This document shows positions 54,476 through 64,000 of a DNA stretch of 64,000 nucleotides, piece by piece. Positions within the stretch are counted from its first letter, which is position 1; every line of letters begins with the position of its first letter. The translations under genes and the position numbers were made by a program. The DNA is from Verrucomicrobiota bacterium (GTDB lineage: Bacteria; Verrucomicrobiota; Verrucomicrobiia; Methylacidiphilales; JBCBYL01): positions 7,089-71,088 of the forward strand of contig JBCDJI010000002.1 in NCBI GenBank assembly GCA_038748025.1, in the 5' to 3' direction. The notes under the pieces were generated by a model. That model ran no database searches. It saw nothing but the letters and a program-made list of their open reading frames with translations, and had not been told where the DNA came from.

Positions 54476-55549
54476 TTATCCGACTCCAAGTCTCTGCTGC
54501 TGATATCGGTTTTGGCGGATATCATCGACCCAATCTTCATGTTTCAGATACCAGCTGACCGTTTTACGCAATCCTGTTTCGAGTGATTCCCGAGGTTCCC
54601 ATTGAAGCTGATCTCGAATTTTCGAGAAGTTGATTGAATACCGCCGATCATGTCCGGGCCGGTCTTCAACAAATGTTTTGAGATCAAGATAAGACCCGCC
54701 TCCCTCCTTAGGCTTCAACTCGTCCAGTAAAGAACATGTGGTCTCAACGATCTCAAGATTCGCTTTCTCACAATCTCCGCCTACGTTATATGTTTCACCT
54801 ACTTCACCTGATTCCAGAACTCGCTGGATTGCGCTACAATGATCTTTTACATAGAGCCAGTCTCTACGCTGCTGCCCGTCCCCATAAATCGGCAGGGGCT
54901 TGCCTGCTAATGCATTTTGAATCATGAGCGGAATCAGTTTCTCGGGAAACTGAAATGGCCCGTAATTATTAGAACAGTTGGTCGTCAAGACCGGCATTCC
55001 ATAGGTGTGGAAATATGCACGCACAAAATGATCACTCGCCGCCTTAGATGCCGCATACGGGCTATTGGGTGCAAATGGGTTTTCTTCTGAAAATGAAGGG
55101 GCATCAGGCAATAAAGTTCCATAGACTTCATCGGTTGATACGTGCAGAAAGCGAAAGGTATCGAGCCGATTCAGCTCGTTTTGCCAATATAAGCGACAAC
55201 AATTTAACAGTTCCAATGTTCCTACAACATTTGTCTTGGCAAAGGGCTGCGGCGAGTCAATCGAGCGATCCACGTGTGATTCTGCAGCGAAATTGATGAC
55301 TGCATCGATACGATATTCTTTTAAAAGTGAAGTTGCCAACTCTCCATCACTGATATCCCCTTTAATAAATACATACCGCTCATCACCTTCGAACTCTTTG
55401 AGGTTCATCGGATTACCAGCGTAGGTCAATGCATCCAGGTTGATTAACTTGCCCGAAAAAATTCTTTCCCCTAGCCAGTAGTGGATAAAATTCGAGCCAA
55501 TGAAGCCACACCCGCCTGTAACTAAAATATGATTTAATTTCGAGGCCAT
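54476..55549 (-). CDS. rfbB: dTDP-glucose 4,6-dehydratase
   Basis: [55 protein letters not shown]. Confidence 0.96.
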   Translation of the reverse strand: MASKLNHILVTGGCGFIGSNFIHYWLGERIFSGKLINLDALTYAGNPMNLKEFEGDERYVFIKGDISDGELATSLLKEYRIDAVINFAAESHVDRSIDSPQPFAKTNVVGTLELLNCCRLYWQNELNRLDTFRFLHVSTDEVYGTLLPDAPSFSEENPFAPNSPYAASKAASDHFVRAYFHTYGMPVLTTNCSNNYGPFQFPEKLIPLMIQNALAGKPLPIYGDGQQRRDWLYVKDHCSAIQRVLESGEVGETYNVGGDCEKANLEIVETTCSLLDELKPKEGGGSYLDLKTFVEDRPGHDRRYSINFSKIRDQLQWEPRESLETGLRKTVSWYLKHEDWVDDIRQNRYQQQRLGVG

Positions 55550-55598
55550 CTTTTTTCCAGACTAGTTCTTCTGTTCAATGAAGCACTCCTAAAAGGAT

Positions 55599-56933
55599 TC
55601 ATTCTGCACGAATTTGCTGGTACCAATCAATGTAGCGCTCCGCCATTACCGAATGATCGTAGTTTTTGACGGCAGCATCACGGGCAGCTCTACCCATTTC
55701 TGCTTGCTGCGTTGCATCTGATAAAATCTTCAGAATTTGATCTGCCATTGCAAGTGCGTCGCCGGACTCCACCACATGTCCTGTCTCTCCTTCTACCACC
55801 TGTTCGGGGATTCCCCCTGTCCGGGTTGCAACCACCGGTATCCCGCAGGCCATCGCCTCCAGAACGGTTGTCGGGAAATTTTCTGCTGCAGCAGCATGCA
55901 GATAAATATCCGCAGCACGATAGGCAGCTTTGATCTTTTGAGGTTCGGTCGTCAGCTGGAAGTGGATATGCAAATGCCCCTTCACTTCATCGGGTGCCTC
56001 TTCTCCGAGGACCAGAATGTGCACTTCACTTTCTGATTTTTCTGCCACTTGCATCGCAGCCGCCTCAATCGTTTTATAGTCTTTGTAGGGGCTGTTTCGT
56101 GCATTCCTAGCAACATAAAGTAATACTGGGACATCTTCTGGTAAATTCCAGACCTTGCGAGCTTCGGTCTGCTTGCCGGGACTGAATACTGACGTGTCAA
56201 TCCCATTCGGAATCACTTGTTTATCTGTAAAACAGTGACCTAAAGCTGAAGCTTCCAACTGATCCATCATCCAGCGGGACGGTGCTGAAATATGAATTTC
56301 GGAATCCGCGTAAATTCTTCGCTTCCGTATGAAATTCTCAGAAGTGGCATCGCGGGGAATGGCCGGGTAACGTTCTAAATCTGGACAAGATCCGCAACCC
56401 CTTTTAAAGCCCTCACACTCCCCCGGATAGGCACAATGACCGGTAAACATCCAGGTATCATGCAGCGTAACCACCGTCGGCTTCCAGCGGGTAATCGTGC
56501 GAAGTTTTCTCAAATCAAAATACTTCCCGTGGAAACAGTGAATGTGGATCAGATCCGGCTCAAAGGGGAACCGGCGCATGGCCGATTCAGTATCCGGAAA
56601 ATCAAAATCCTCCCAGCCAGATCTCCGTTTCCACGTTCGTATCGGTTGTCCGATCTGATTGGTTACAAACCGGCCGAGCCCCCGAACCCATTTTCGCGAT
56701 TTACCGGGGCCTTTCAGTAAAGTATCTCCGGCAGCAATACATGGCCGGCCCCATGCTGACCGGTGCCTGTCGTGCTGAAATTCCTGAACCGGATACGGAT
56801 GTTGCTGGCGGTTTTGTTGTCTGACGAGGCAACCCACCTCATGACCGTGCTGGAGTAATCCATCACACAAACGGCGCATGATGGTCTCCCCACCACCGTA
56901 CACATCGAACACATTGACGTGCAACACCTTCAC
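55599..56933 (-). CDS. GT4 glycosyltransferase (WcaC-like)
   Basis: TLHDTWMFTGHC, CGSCPDL, ENFPTTVLEAMACG. Confidence 0.88.
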   Translation of the reverse strand: MKVLHVNVFDVYGGGETIMRRLCDGLLQHGHEVGCLVRQQNRQQHPYPVQEFQHDRHRSAWGRPCIAAGDTLLKGPGKSRKWVRGLGRFVTNQIGQPIRTWKRRSGWEDFDFPDTESAMRRFPFEPDLIHIHCFHGKYFDLRKLRTITRWKPTVVTLHDTWMFTGHCAYPGECEGFKRGCGSCPDLERYPAIPRDATSENFIRKRRIYADSEIHISAPSRWMMDQLEASALGHCFTDKQVIPNGIDTSVFSPGKQTEARKVWNLPEDVPVLLYVARNARNSPYKDYKTIEAAAMQVAEKSESEVHILVLGEEAPDEVKGHLHIHFQLTTEPQKIKAAYRAADIYLHAAAAENFPTTVLEAMACGIPVVATRTGGIPEQVVEGETGHVVESGDALAMADQILKILSDATQQAEMGRAARDAAVKNYDHSVMAERYIDWYQQIRAE

Positions 56934-57922
56934 GAAAACATTCTGCCCGATTTATACAGAAATCGGGCACACACCAAAACCCAGGTCAGTCTAATTTTTT
57001 CCAGCATGGCAGCCTTCTGGTAAAGGCGGCGCCAAACTGCTCGAATATGCCCTTGGGCATATTTTTCAACTTCCTCAGCACCGAATTCCTTTTCAAAACG
57101 ATGGAAGAGAGCTATCACTGTAGCATGTAACTTAAACCAATCCACATCCTGCGATAAATCACGCAACAAACCACCTTGCCATATCTGGCGCAGCGCTACA
57201 CGTATAGTACAATCCGGCATTTCTGCCAACCATCTGCCTAGCTCTTTTTCTACCACTTGATCATGATGCTCAAGCTGGGTTGATCGTTTCTCATGAGAGA
57301 TCTGACCGGTATGAATTCGATATTTCAGCAGCACCTGCTGTAAATTAGTGCCCTCCCCATACTGCAGTAACTCTGTCCACAATCCATAGTCCTCGGACGG
57401 GAGTAAATCTTCACGGTAGGAGAGCTGGTGCTGCCGGATTACGTCACCACGCATCATCACACCGGGATGGCAGAATGGATTATCACATAGTAATTCCCAA
57501 CGTATCGCCACGTTGTGCTTCGGATATTTCTTCACTTGAATCTCGCGATCGTCCGAATCAATCCACTGGGTATTACAGCCCACCAACACCAGCTGTTCAT
57601 TCTCATCCAGCGCATCAGCCTGCCGCCGTAGACGTGACGGCATGCAGATATCATCTGCATCCAGACGGGCAAGATACTCACCCGTTGCCTCAATCAACCC
57701 AACATTGAGCCATTTGGCGTAACCGTAATTCGTTTCGGACAAATAGACCCGCACTCTGGGATCTGTTAGCGACTGCAGATACTCCACCGTTCCATCAGTA
57801 GATCCGTCGTCATACACCAACAGTTCCCAATCCTGATACGATTGCACCAGGACACTCTCCACGGTTTTAGGGAGAGTGGTCTTCCCATTGTGAACGGGCA
57901 AAATAATCGAAACGCGCGGCAC
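56930..57922 (-). CDS. GT2 glycosyltransferase
   Basis: VSIILPVHN, DDGSTD, ARLDADD, EDYGLW. Confidence 0.9.
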   Translation of the reverse strand: MPRVSIILPVHNGKTTLPKTVESVLVQSYQDWELLVYDDGSTDGTVEYLQSLTDPRVRVYLSETNYGYAKWLNVGLIEATGEYLARLDADDICMPSRLRRQADALDENEQLVLVGCNTQWIDSDDREIQVKKYPKHNVAIRWELLCDNPFCHPGVMMRGDVIRQHQLSYREDLLPSEDYGLWTELLQYGEGTNLQQVLLKYRIHTGQISHEKRSTQLEHHDQVVEKELGRWLAEMPDCTIRVALRQIWQGGLLRDLSQDVDWFKLHATVIALFHRFEKEFGAEEVEKYAQGHIRAVWRRLYQKAAMLEKIRLTWVLVCARFLYKSGRMFS

Positions 57923-57935
57923 GACTTCCTACGGG

Positions 57936-58784
57936 TCAGGAATTTATATTCAGGTTCTGTAAAAACACTTCCGCTGAATCCACCAAAAACGGACTTAATT
58001 CTTTATCCAGCAGCTCACCTTTGCGATATTGATCTTCTTTCCATGCCGAAGGCATTTCCCGCACGTTAGCGCGATTCGTCAGGCGTTTCCATAACGACCG
58101 CTTACTATTTTTTCCAGCCGCCACATCACTGATATTCGCCCGCGCTTTCACCTCAGGATTATCATCAGGACTACGTGTCATGAAACATAGATGGAGACAG
58201 CGCATGGCTGTGTCGTCCCAATTCTGCGTCTGCCAGAAATGATACCGTGAATCATGTGAATACCCTGCCCTGAAGACAACATCTCCGTCATGTAACCGTT
58301 CATTCGGGACATTCGTCCACGAATCAATCGCATTGAAATTATACAGCTTGGTAACCGCTTTGGCCGGCGGACATTCATACCCCTGAACCTGATTACTTGC
58401 AGAGTCCATACGTTCCACATGCAGGCAGTTCCCGGTCAGCTTAAAGTAATCATCAAATTCACCGATCAATACTCTCGGCCGTAATTCCTGCAGCAATTTG
58501 CGATCATAAATTTCATCTCCATCTACCGCAAAGATCCAGGTCGGTGTTCCCGCGTATGATTCCAGCACAAGATGAGATTCACGTGAGTGTTCTATCCGGG
58601 AAAACTGAATGCCTTCATCTTCACCCGCACATTGTTCCATGATGTTAGCAGTGGCATCGGTCGATCCGTGATCAAATACATAGACCTGATCACAAAAATC
58701 TCGCACAGACTCCAGAGCCCAACGAGCGGTCCACTCCTCATTGCGCATCAGCATGACACCAATGATCTTTCGTTCCTGCCCCAT
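57936..58784 (-). CDS. GT2-like glycosyltransferase
   Basis: MRNEE, DHGSTD, VDGDE (DxD). Confidence 0.75.
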   Translation of the reverse strand: MGQERKIIGVMLMRNEEWTARWALESVRDFCDQVYVFDHGSTDATANIMEQCAGEDEGIQFSRIEHSRESHLVLESYAGTPTWIFAVDGDEIYDRKLLQELRPRVLIGEFDDYFKLTGNCLHVERMDSASNQVQGYECPPAKAVTKLYNFNAIDSWTNVPNERLHDGDVVFRAGYSHDSRYHFWQTQNWDDTAMRCLHLCFMTRSPDDNPEVKARANISDVAAGKNSKRSLWKRLTNRANVREMPSAWKEDQYRKGELLDKELSPFLVDSAEVFLQNLNINS

Positions 58785-58785
58785 A

Positions 58786-59823
58786 TCAGCGTAGCTGCAA
58801 TAACTCTGAGAAAATCTCTTCGTGCTCACGAATCCATTCCTCCAGATTAAACCGGGTGTATGCTATTTCACGTGCGCGTTTTGCTAGAGAGCCTTGTTCC
58901 TCCAGTACTTTTACGATGGCAGCCGCCACTACAGCCGGATCAGCTTCCAAGATATGATCCCAGTCCGCAGGAATATTAAGCGAAACCCCGGCATCATCCA
59001 CAATTTCAGGAGTTCCTCCATTGCCTGTATGCACCACCGGAACGCCGCAGGCCATCGCTTCTGCTACAACATTCGGCGTCCAATCCATGTGCTTCAAATG
59101 CACCAACACATTTGCCCGGCGATAAATCTCCGGCGCCTCCTGCTGCGTGTATGTATCAATAAAACGAACCTGCTTAAATCCAGACTGCTGAACGATGGCT
59201 CGAATCGTATCCGGGCCGCAATCACAAATTCCCTCTCCCTCTACCAGTTTACCTGCAATCACCAATTCGACATCAGGCACGGCTTGGGCCACTTCCGGCA
59301 TGGCTAGAATCAGCGGCTTTAAACGATGGGTAAACTGGTGGAGTCCAGCTGCCAGCACCTGCGGTCGCGCATACAATTTTTCACCGACAGTAAAATGTGT
59401 GATATCTACCGCATTAAATATTCTACAGTGCCTGAGATTGATAGGTCCCAAATAACGTTCTGCTCCCAGCATTGCCTGCTGACTGCCATAAACGACATAG
59501 TCGGCATATTCGCTATGCAACATTTTGAGCAGATGGTTCTTTTCATCAAAATCGTCCGCATATGCCGGATGCCAACAGCTGTTCATATGGCATACAATTG
59601 GAATACCCTTCTTACGAGCCCGATTGAGTGTTTTCAGAGGCAGATTTGTTCCCGAAACCCCATAAACGATATTATAATTTTGGGGGTAGTTCGGAAAATA
59701 GCGATTCATTCGCTCCAGTTTAATAAATGGTCCACCCACTTCATCCCGGCAACCGTGATGAAGGCGGATTGGGTTCAGACTTTGTTGAGACCAAGGCAAT
59801 TTCATCTTAAATCTACTCCACAT
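58786..59823 (-). CDS. GT4 glycosyltransferase
   Basis: NAVD, DWTPNVVAEAMACGVPVV, GGTPEIV. Confidence 0.82.
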   Translation of the reverse strand: MWSRFKMKLPWSQQSLNPIRLHHGCRDEVGGPFIKLERMNRYFPNYPQNYNIVYGVSGTNLPLKTLNRARKKGIPIVCHMNSCWHPAYADDFDEKNHLLKMLHSEYADYVVYGSQQAMLGAERYLGPINLRHCRIFNAVDITHFTVGEKLYARPQVLAAGLHQFTHRLKPLILAMPEVAQAVPDVELVIAGKLVEGEGICDCGPDTIRAIVQQSGFKQVRFIDTYTQQEAPEIYRRANVLVHLKHMDWTPNVVAEAMACGVPVVHTGNGGTPEIVDDAGVSLNIPADWDHILEADPAVVAAAIVKVLEEQGSLAKRAREIAYTRFNLEEWIREHEEIFSELLQLR

Positions 59824-60665
59824 ATATCGCGCAGACAGTTTTTCAATTCACGCACATAAGACTGTTGACCAAAAAGGTTTAAATACTTGAGGTAGGCGGG
59901 ATTCAATTCACCTCGGTGCATCACCCCGCTCCAAATCATCGGATATGGCCCTTCATAATAGGCACGAACCGCACCACCAAAAGTATTCAGCTGCCCCTGT
60001 CTGGATTTAGTCAGAATCCGCTGCCGGCGAATAGTCCGTGAAAACCACTTCCGCGGACTGGAGGATAAGCCATCAATACGATAACACTTATCCAGATAGA
60101 GTGCTTCTAGGGACTTCAGTGAACCTGAAAACTTCTCGAATTTCCATGGCGTCGGTTCATTGGGAAACTCATCCAACATTACCTCCAGTATTTTCTGAAG
60201 GCGGGGCGCATGCCAAAGCCCGGGATGCAGTGAAAATTTATACTGATAATCACCTGCCGTTTTTTCTATGCCTTGATGCCCATCTCCCAGGCAGGTTCCC
60301 ATACTTCCTTGCCCTTGCCCCCATCCTAACAGTCCAATATAAGTGGCATCTGACTGCTCCATAAAGTAGGGTAATGTTTCGTTAAGATAGATCTCTCCAC
60401 ACAAACGCACTGGAGGATGATCATCCAGAATAAGATATAGCTGCTCAAAGCCCTCATTTACTAACCATTGAACCGAATATAATAAATCCACACCCCAGGA
60501 GCCCTCTTTACCAGATTGGGGAACCCAACCAGGCTCGCCTTCAGTACTTACCCCGCTCAAATAGATTTTGGGAGCATCAGACCAAAGCTGCTGAATTTTC
60601 ATGCGCGTCAACTCGGCCAATGGCCGGTAACGTTTAAATGTAGGAATCAGAATAGCTCGTTTCAT
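59802..60665 (-). CDS. Hypothetical protein, possibly a GT-A fold glycosyltransferase
   Basis: LILDDH acidic motif, SLHPGLW, TPWKFE; lies within the polysaccharide operon. Confidence 0.55.
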   Translation of the reverse strand: MKRAILIPTFKRYRPLAELTRMKIQQLWSDAPKIYLSGVSTEGEPGWVPQSGKEGSWGVDLLYSVQWLVNEGFEQLYLILDDHPPVRLCGEIYLNETLPYFMEQSDATYIGLLGWGQGQGSMGTCLGDGHQGIEKTAGDYQYKFSLHPGLWHAPRLQKILEVMLDEFPNEPTPWKFEKFSGSLKSLEALYLDKCYRIDGLSSSPRKWFSRTIRRQRILTKSRQGQLNTFGGAVRAYYEGPYPMIWSGVMHRGELNPAYLKYLNLFGQQSYVRELKNCLRDICGVDLR

Positions 60666-61645
60666 TAAGATACGCTATTCTTACGCTTACCCATCAAATA
60701 TCGATGCCCCGGCAGCACAGGAATTTCAAAATCCTCCCACTCCACTTCGGGGAATTTCCGGGTAAAATGCTGGAAGTAATCCATATTATCCATGCCATCA
60801 AAATTTTCCTGATAGGCGATAAAGAACGCCTCATAATTCTCTAGATGCGGAATAGTCTGTTCTCTTACTGAAAGAGGGGCTTCGCTCAGAGACCATGTTG
60901 CTATAAATAGCCCTACGCATGTAAGCGAGCGCTGTCTTTCCATGGCATCACCTTCCAGTTGATTGGTTAATACAATACCTTGAGGCTCTGAACACTCTTC
61001 TTCCCGCACCGGATTGTCCAGTGCACTGAGGTAATAGCGTTGCAGTGCTGAAAAAGGAGGAAGGTCTGCAATGAGATACTTTCCGGAAAAACCTAAGCGA
61101 TGTATTAAGTGGCAAAGGCTTCCGTAACCCCCACCAAACTCGAAAATTTTTCCAAACTGTTCAATCCGGCAGCCAAGGTACTTTTCCATCATGTAAAGGT
61201 GATATACATGGTGGATACGGTTTCCACTCGACCACGGATAGCACCAATATGGGGCCGGCGAACCCAAACCATCCTCCGGGAGTAACGGCTTCCAGCGCTG
61301 ATGCCATTGAGGACTTCTGAGAAGAGCTATGATTTCACGATGCCCATAGGGAGACCATCCTACAAACATGGGCTTAATCACCGCAGGCCAGGTTAAAAAG
61401 CGCCTCGGATTGTCGCTACGCAGATAGTCCTGTAACTGATTACAAAAAAATTCCCAGGTAGGAGCCAAATCCGTATGAATCGCCAGACTGACATCCCGGA
61501 CCAGACGTTCGCGGAGCTCTCCATTGGTTTCCACATAACTATAGCAAAAAATATGCGACCAAAGTGATGACAACCATAGACGGAATTCTTTCTGGAAATT
61601 CTGATAGAATTCCAGAAGCAGTTTACGTTGCCGCTTGAGAATCAT
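60665..61645 (-). CDS. Putative sugar O-methyltransferase (SAM-dependent)
   Basis: IFEFGGGYGSL motif I, IADLP, ATWSLSE. Confidence 0.75.
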   Translation of the reverse strand: MILKRQRKLLLEFYQNFQKEFRLWLSSLWSHIFCYSYVETNGELRERLVRDVSLAIHTDLAPTWEFFCNQLQDYLRSDNPRRFLTWPAVIKPMFVGWSPYGHREIIALLRSPQWHQRWKPLLPEDGLGSPAPYWCYPWSSGNRIHHVYHLYMMEKYLGCRIEQFGKIFEFGGGYGSLCHLIHRLGFSGKYLIADLPPFSALQRYYLSALDNPVREEECSEPQGIVLTNQLEGDAMERQRSLTCVGLFIATWSLSEAPLSVREQTIPHLENYEAFFIAYQENFDGMDNMDYFQHFTRKFPEVEWEDFEIPVLPGHRYLMGKRKNSVS

Positions 61646-61682
61646 TAAATTATTAGGCTGAACAAGCTGAAGTTATCTCTAA

Positions 61683-62657
61683 TTACATCTCGCACAATAC
61701 GCGATAATATTCACGCACCATGCGCATCCCACTGGGCCGTATTTCCGACATCACCAACTTTTGCCTTAAAGTTTCCATCTGGGCTTTAGCCTGCAATAAC
61801 TGCTCTTTGAGATTATCCCGAAACTCCAAGCCAAATGGAGCAGCCACTTCATTTATGCCGCCGCCATCAGCATGATAGAGCACCGGAAGACCGCACTGGA
61901 GCCCTTCAATAAAATGCATACCACCTGGCTCCCACCGCGAAGCCGTGACGTATAAATGACACTGCTTGAGTTGCTCCGCCAGCGCCGGACCTTGAACCGG
62001 CGCATGAGTCTGGGCTGCCCTCCACTCGATTTCCTGAGGCCAGTTTCCGATCACTCGCAGGCCGACACCCTCAAGTTCACCTTCAGCGATCATCCGATCA
62101 ATCTCCAGATACTCGTGAAAACCTTTCATCCAGTTATCGGACCAGTGATGCGTCACCAGCCAGAATCGGTCATCACTCGGCTGAGCATCATCCGGATGGA
62201 ACACTGTATCATCTACGGCGTTGTGAATCACACAGGATGGTTCCAATGCATCCATCCCTTTCTGGATAAAATATTTCCGCAGCCACGAAGAAATATAGAC
62301 CGTCATATCAGCAGATGCGTTAGCCTCAATCATTGCGGGGTCTACATTAGAGGTTCCTTTACGCTCATCGTTGTCATTCACACGATGCAGCACTTTGACT
62401 TGTGGCCGTTTACGTTTGAAGGCAGCCACTTCTTTCGGAAGATAAGTCACCGTCTCATAATCATAGACCGACAGTAACAGAATATGGGTCACATGCCGGT
62501 CCAGAGAGAACGTAACCTCATGGCCACCCTGTTTCAGCACTTCAATAAACTGCTGCACGAACTGGTTCTGGCCACCCCATGCCCCCCCCACCGGCTTGAC
62601 GTTCATCGATACACGCATCTTATTCGGATCAGGTTTCTTAAATAACTTAATCCACAT
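61683..62657 (-). CDS. GT-B glycosyltransferase
   Basis: GAWGGQNQF, TASRWEPGGMHFIEGLQCGLPVLY. Confidence 0.75.
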   Translation of the reverse strand: MWIKLFKKPDPNKMRVSMNVKPVGGAWGGQNQFVQQFIEVLKQGGHEVTFSLDRHVTHILLLSVYDYETVTYLPKEVAAFKRKRPQVKVLHRVNDNDERKGTSNVDPAMIEANASADMTVYISSWLRKYFIQKGMDALEPSCVIHNAVDDTVFHPDDAQPSDDRFWLVTHHWSDNWMKGFHEYLEIDRMIAEGELEGVGLRVIGNWPQEIEWRAAQTHAPVQGPALAEQLKQCHLYVTASRWEPGGMHFIEGLQCGLPVLYHADGGGINEVAAPFGLEFRDNLKEQLLQAKAQMETLRQKLVMSEIRPSGMRMVREYYRVLCEM

Positions 62658-63742
62658 TACGCTTCACCCACTTGTCTCATCCATTGCCCGATCGCGGCTG
62701 CCATCACCTTTTCAGACAATTTCTCTTCTACTACTTTCCTGCCGGCAGCACCCAATCTTTCCGCCAGCTCTTTATCCTCCTGCAAGCGGTCAACCGCTCG
62801 CTTTAATGCATCAGGGTCTTCCGGCGGAACCATCAAGCAGTGCACCCCATCCTCCAGAATCCCCTCAGCCCAAAACCCCCGCGTACGCGTCATAACCACA
62901 GGTGCCCCACACGCCAATGACTGCAGCACTGTGCTTTGCCCCGATGGCTGTGCGACATCAGCCACCGGCACGACAACCATCGAACATTTCTGATACAGAG
63001 CACGCAGATCTGTATCTGTCTCTGCCTCCACCCGATGAATACTCGAATGATCTGATTCATTGAGCGGCAGCTTAGTTAATATATCCAGACTCTGGTCCGG
63101 AACGGCCTTAAACAAAGTTCGGTAATCTCGCCATGGATCGGAGCCCACCGAGAGAATATTACCCTTCCGTAAATGAGATTCAGACGCCACATGCCAAAAA
63201 TCTGTATTCACCCCAAAAGGAACATGATCCATTTGAGGTGCCTCCGAACCCAGCCATTTCTTTAGCGGAGTAATCGCACCTTCACCCCAAACCAGTAAAA
63301 TGTCTACAGCAGCAACAGCTCGCTTTAGCTGCTTTCTGAGCCAAGGCTCACGTCCGTCCAACTGCTCAATGCGGTCCGTCAATCCCTGGCTGATATACAC
63401 GATTTTTGCGGAGAGTAGACCTAAAGCTTTGAGCCATGCTACCGGCAACCCACCACTGTCCTGTGTTGTCACGATCACTTCAGCATTTCTCAACGCCTGC
63501 CAGTGATCGAATACTGCACCCAGTGCAAATCCCATACCCAACCGCTTAGCCACCCAGCCATCGATAAAACCTAGCCAGCGCGACCAGCGCTGCATTTCAT
63601 CTTCCACGTAGGTGCCTGCCAGTTCCTGTGGCAGAGACTTGAAGCCATACCAGAATTCGGTTGATTTTTCGCCACGCTCGACAGCCGCTTCCCATTGTTT
63701 CCGGTTACGCCGAAACACCCATACATAACGACTACGGCTCAT
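62657..63742 (-). CDS. GT4 glycosyltransferase
   Basis: FGVNTDFW, RDYRTL, SGQSTVLQSLACGAPVV; start set at ATG 63742, overlapping the upstream stop. Confidence 0.82.
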   Translation of the reverse strand: MSRSRYVWVFRRNRKQWEAAVERGEKSTEFWYGFKSLPQELAGTYVEDEMQRWSRWLGFIDGWVAKRLGMGFALGAVFDHWQALRNAEVIVTTQDSGGLPVAWLKALGLLSAKIVYISQGLTDRIEQLDGREPWLRKQLKRAVAAVDILLVWGEGAITPLKKWLGSEAPQMDHVPFGVNTDFWHVASESHLRKGNILSVGSDPWRDYRTLFKAVPDQSLDILTKLPLNESDHSSIHRVEAETDTDLRALYQKCSMVVVPVADVAQPSGQSTVLQSLACGAPVVMTRTRGFWAEGILEDGVHCLMVPPEDPDALKRAVDRLQEDKELAERLGAAGRKVVEEKLSEKVMAAAIGQWMRQVGEA

Positions 63743-64000
63743 ACGCTTAAGCGGACCCGGTTTAAAAAGTCCAACAAGGTGCTCCCCTGCTTTTCCAATG
63801 ATGGATAATGAATCAGACTCGAAAAAGAGTCCGGATACTGTTTCCATTGTTCCAGCAAAGAGTTTAATTGCCCCGGCGTCTCATATCCTGCCCCACCCAA
63901 ACGCACCACTTCCGATAAATGTGTTGTATCCGCATAAAAAACGGGCCTTCCCGCGCCCAAGGCCAAGGTTGCCCATTCTTCGGCATTCTCTGCATCCGCA
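63739..64000 (-). CDS. C-terminal part of a probable GT-B glycosyltransferase (5' end outside the window)
   Basis: Frame is open to the window edge; ALGAGRPVFY resembles the GT-B A.G.PV motif; ATGA overlap with the next gene. Confidence 0.55.
   Translation of the reverse strand, partial: ADAENAEEWATLALGAGRPVFYADTTHLSEVVRLGGAGYETPGQLNSLLEQWKQYPDSFSSLIHYPSLEKQGSTLLDFLNRVRLSV

Noticed and set aside
1-64000. tRNA, rRNA, CRISPR arrays, riboswitches (e.g. SAM upstream of metF), prophage or intact transposase/integrase
   Set aside because: None recognised by eye; metF appears leaderless, leaving no room for a riboswitch. A covariance-model scan was not possible

Overview
A 64-kb bacterial chromosomal segment. 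Gene content and protein styles suggest Verrucomicrobiota, but that assignment is inference only. Most of it is housekeeping and envelope genes: an MsbA-like ABC exporter, a ClC transporter, SCO/DUF420, glnD plus a GAF-GAF kinase, acpS-nnr, a polyprenyl-P sugar transferase, rlmN, metF, cysE, aroE, pilD, zwf and a cell-wall amidase. A carotenoid glycoside/acyl-ester cluster lies at 36.5-40.9 kb, and a long minus-strand LPS/surface-polysaccharide cluster runs from 49.4 kb to the window end. An accessory stretch at about 26.8-36.5 kb opens with a 150-bp TA-flanked MITE and contains a possible decayed gene-cassette array, a Phd/PIN toxin-antitoxin pair and an unknown two-gene operon. The most interesting locus is 31.4-33.9 kb, where two tandem units share one design: a likely leaderless ORF with a signal peptide, a CxCxPC motif and a C-terminal PxVPPP, whose stop-codon region is complementary to the translation-initiation region of the next gene. 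Unit 1 precedes a tiny secreted (CxxCCG)x3 metallothionein-like peptide. Unit 2 precedes a periplasmic HMA protein and an outer-membrane barrel. This looks like a metal-sensing ribosome-stalling leader system analogous to CruR/CutF (DUF2946-type) but with unusual outputs. Also noted: many leaderless-type promoters, a GxxExxY pseudogene with inverted-repeat flanks, and an ACP-FabZ fusion. No rRNA, tRNA, CRISPR array or intact transposase/integrase was recognised. All family assignments come from motif recognition by eye, not database searches.
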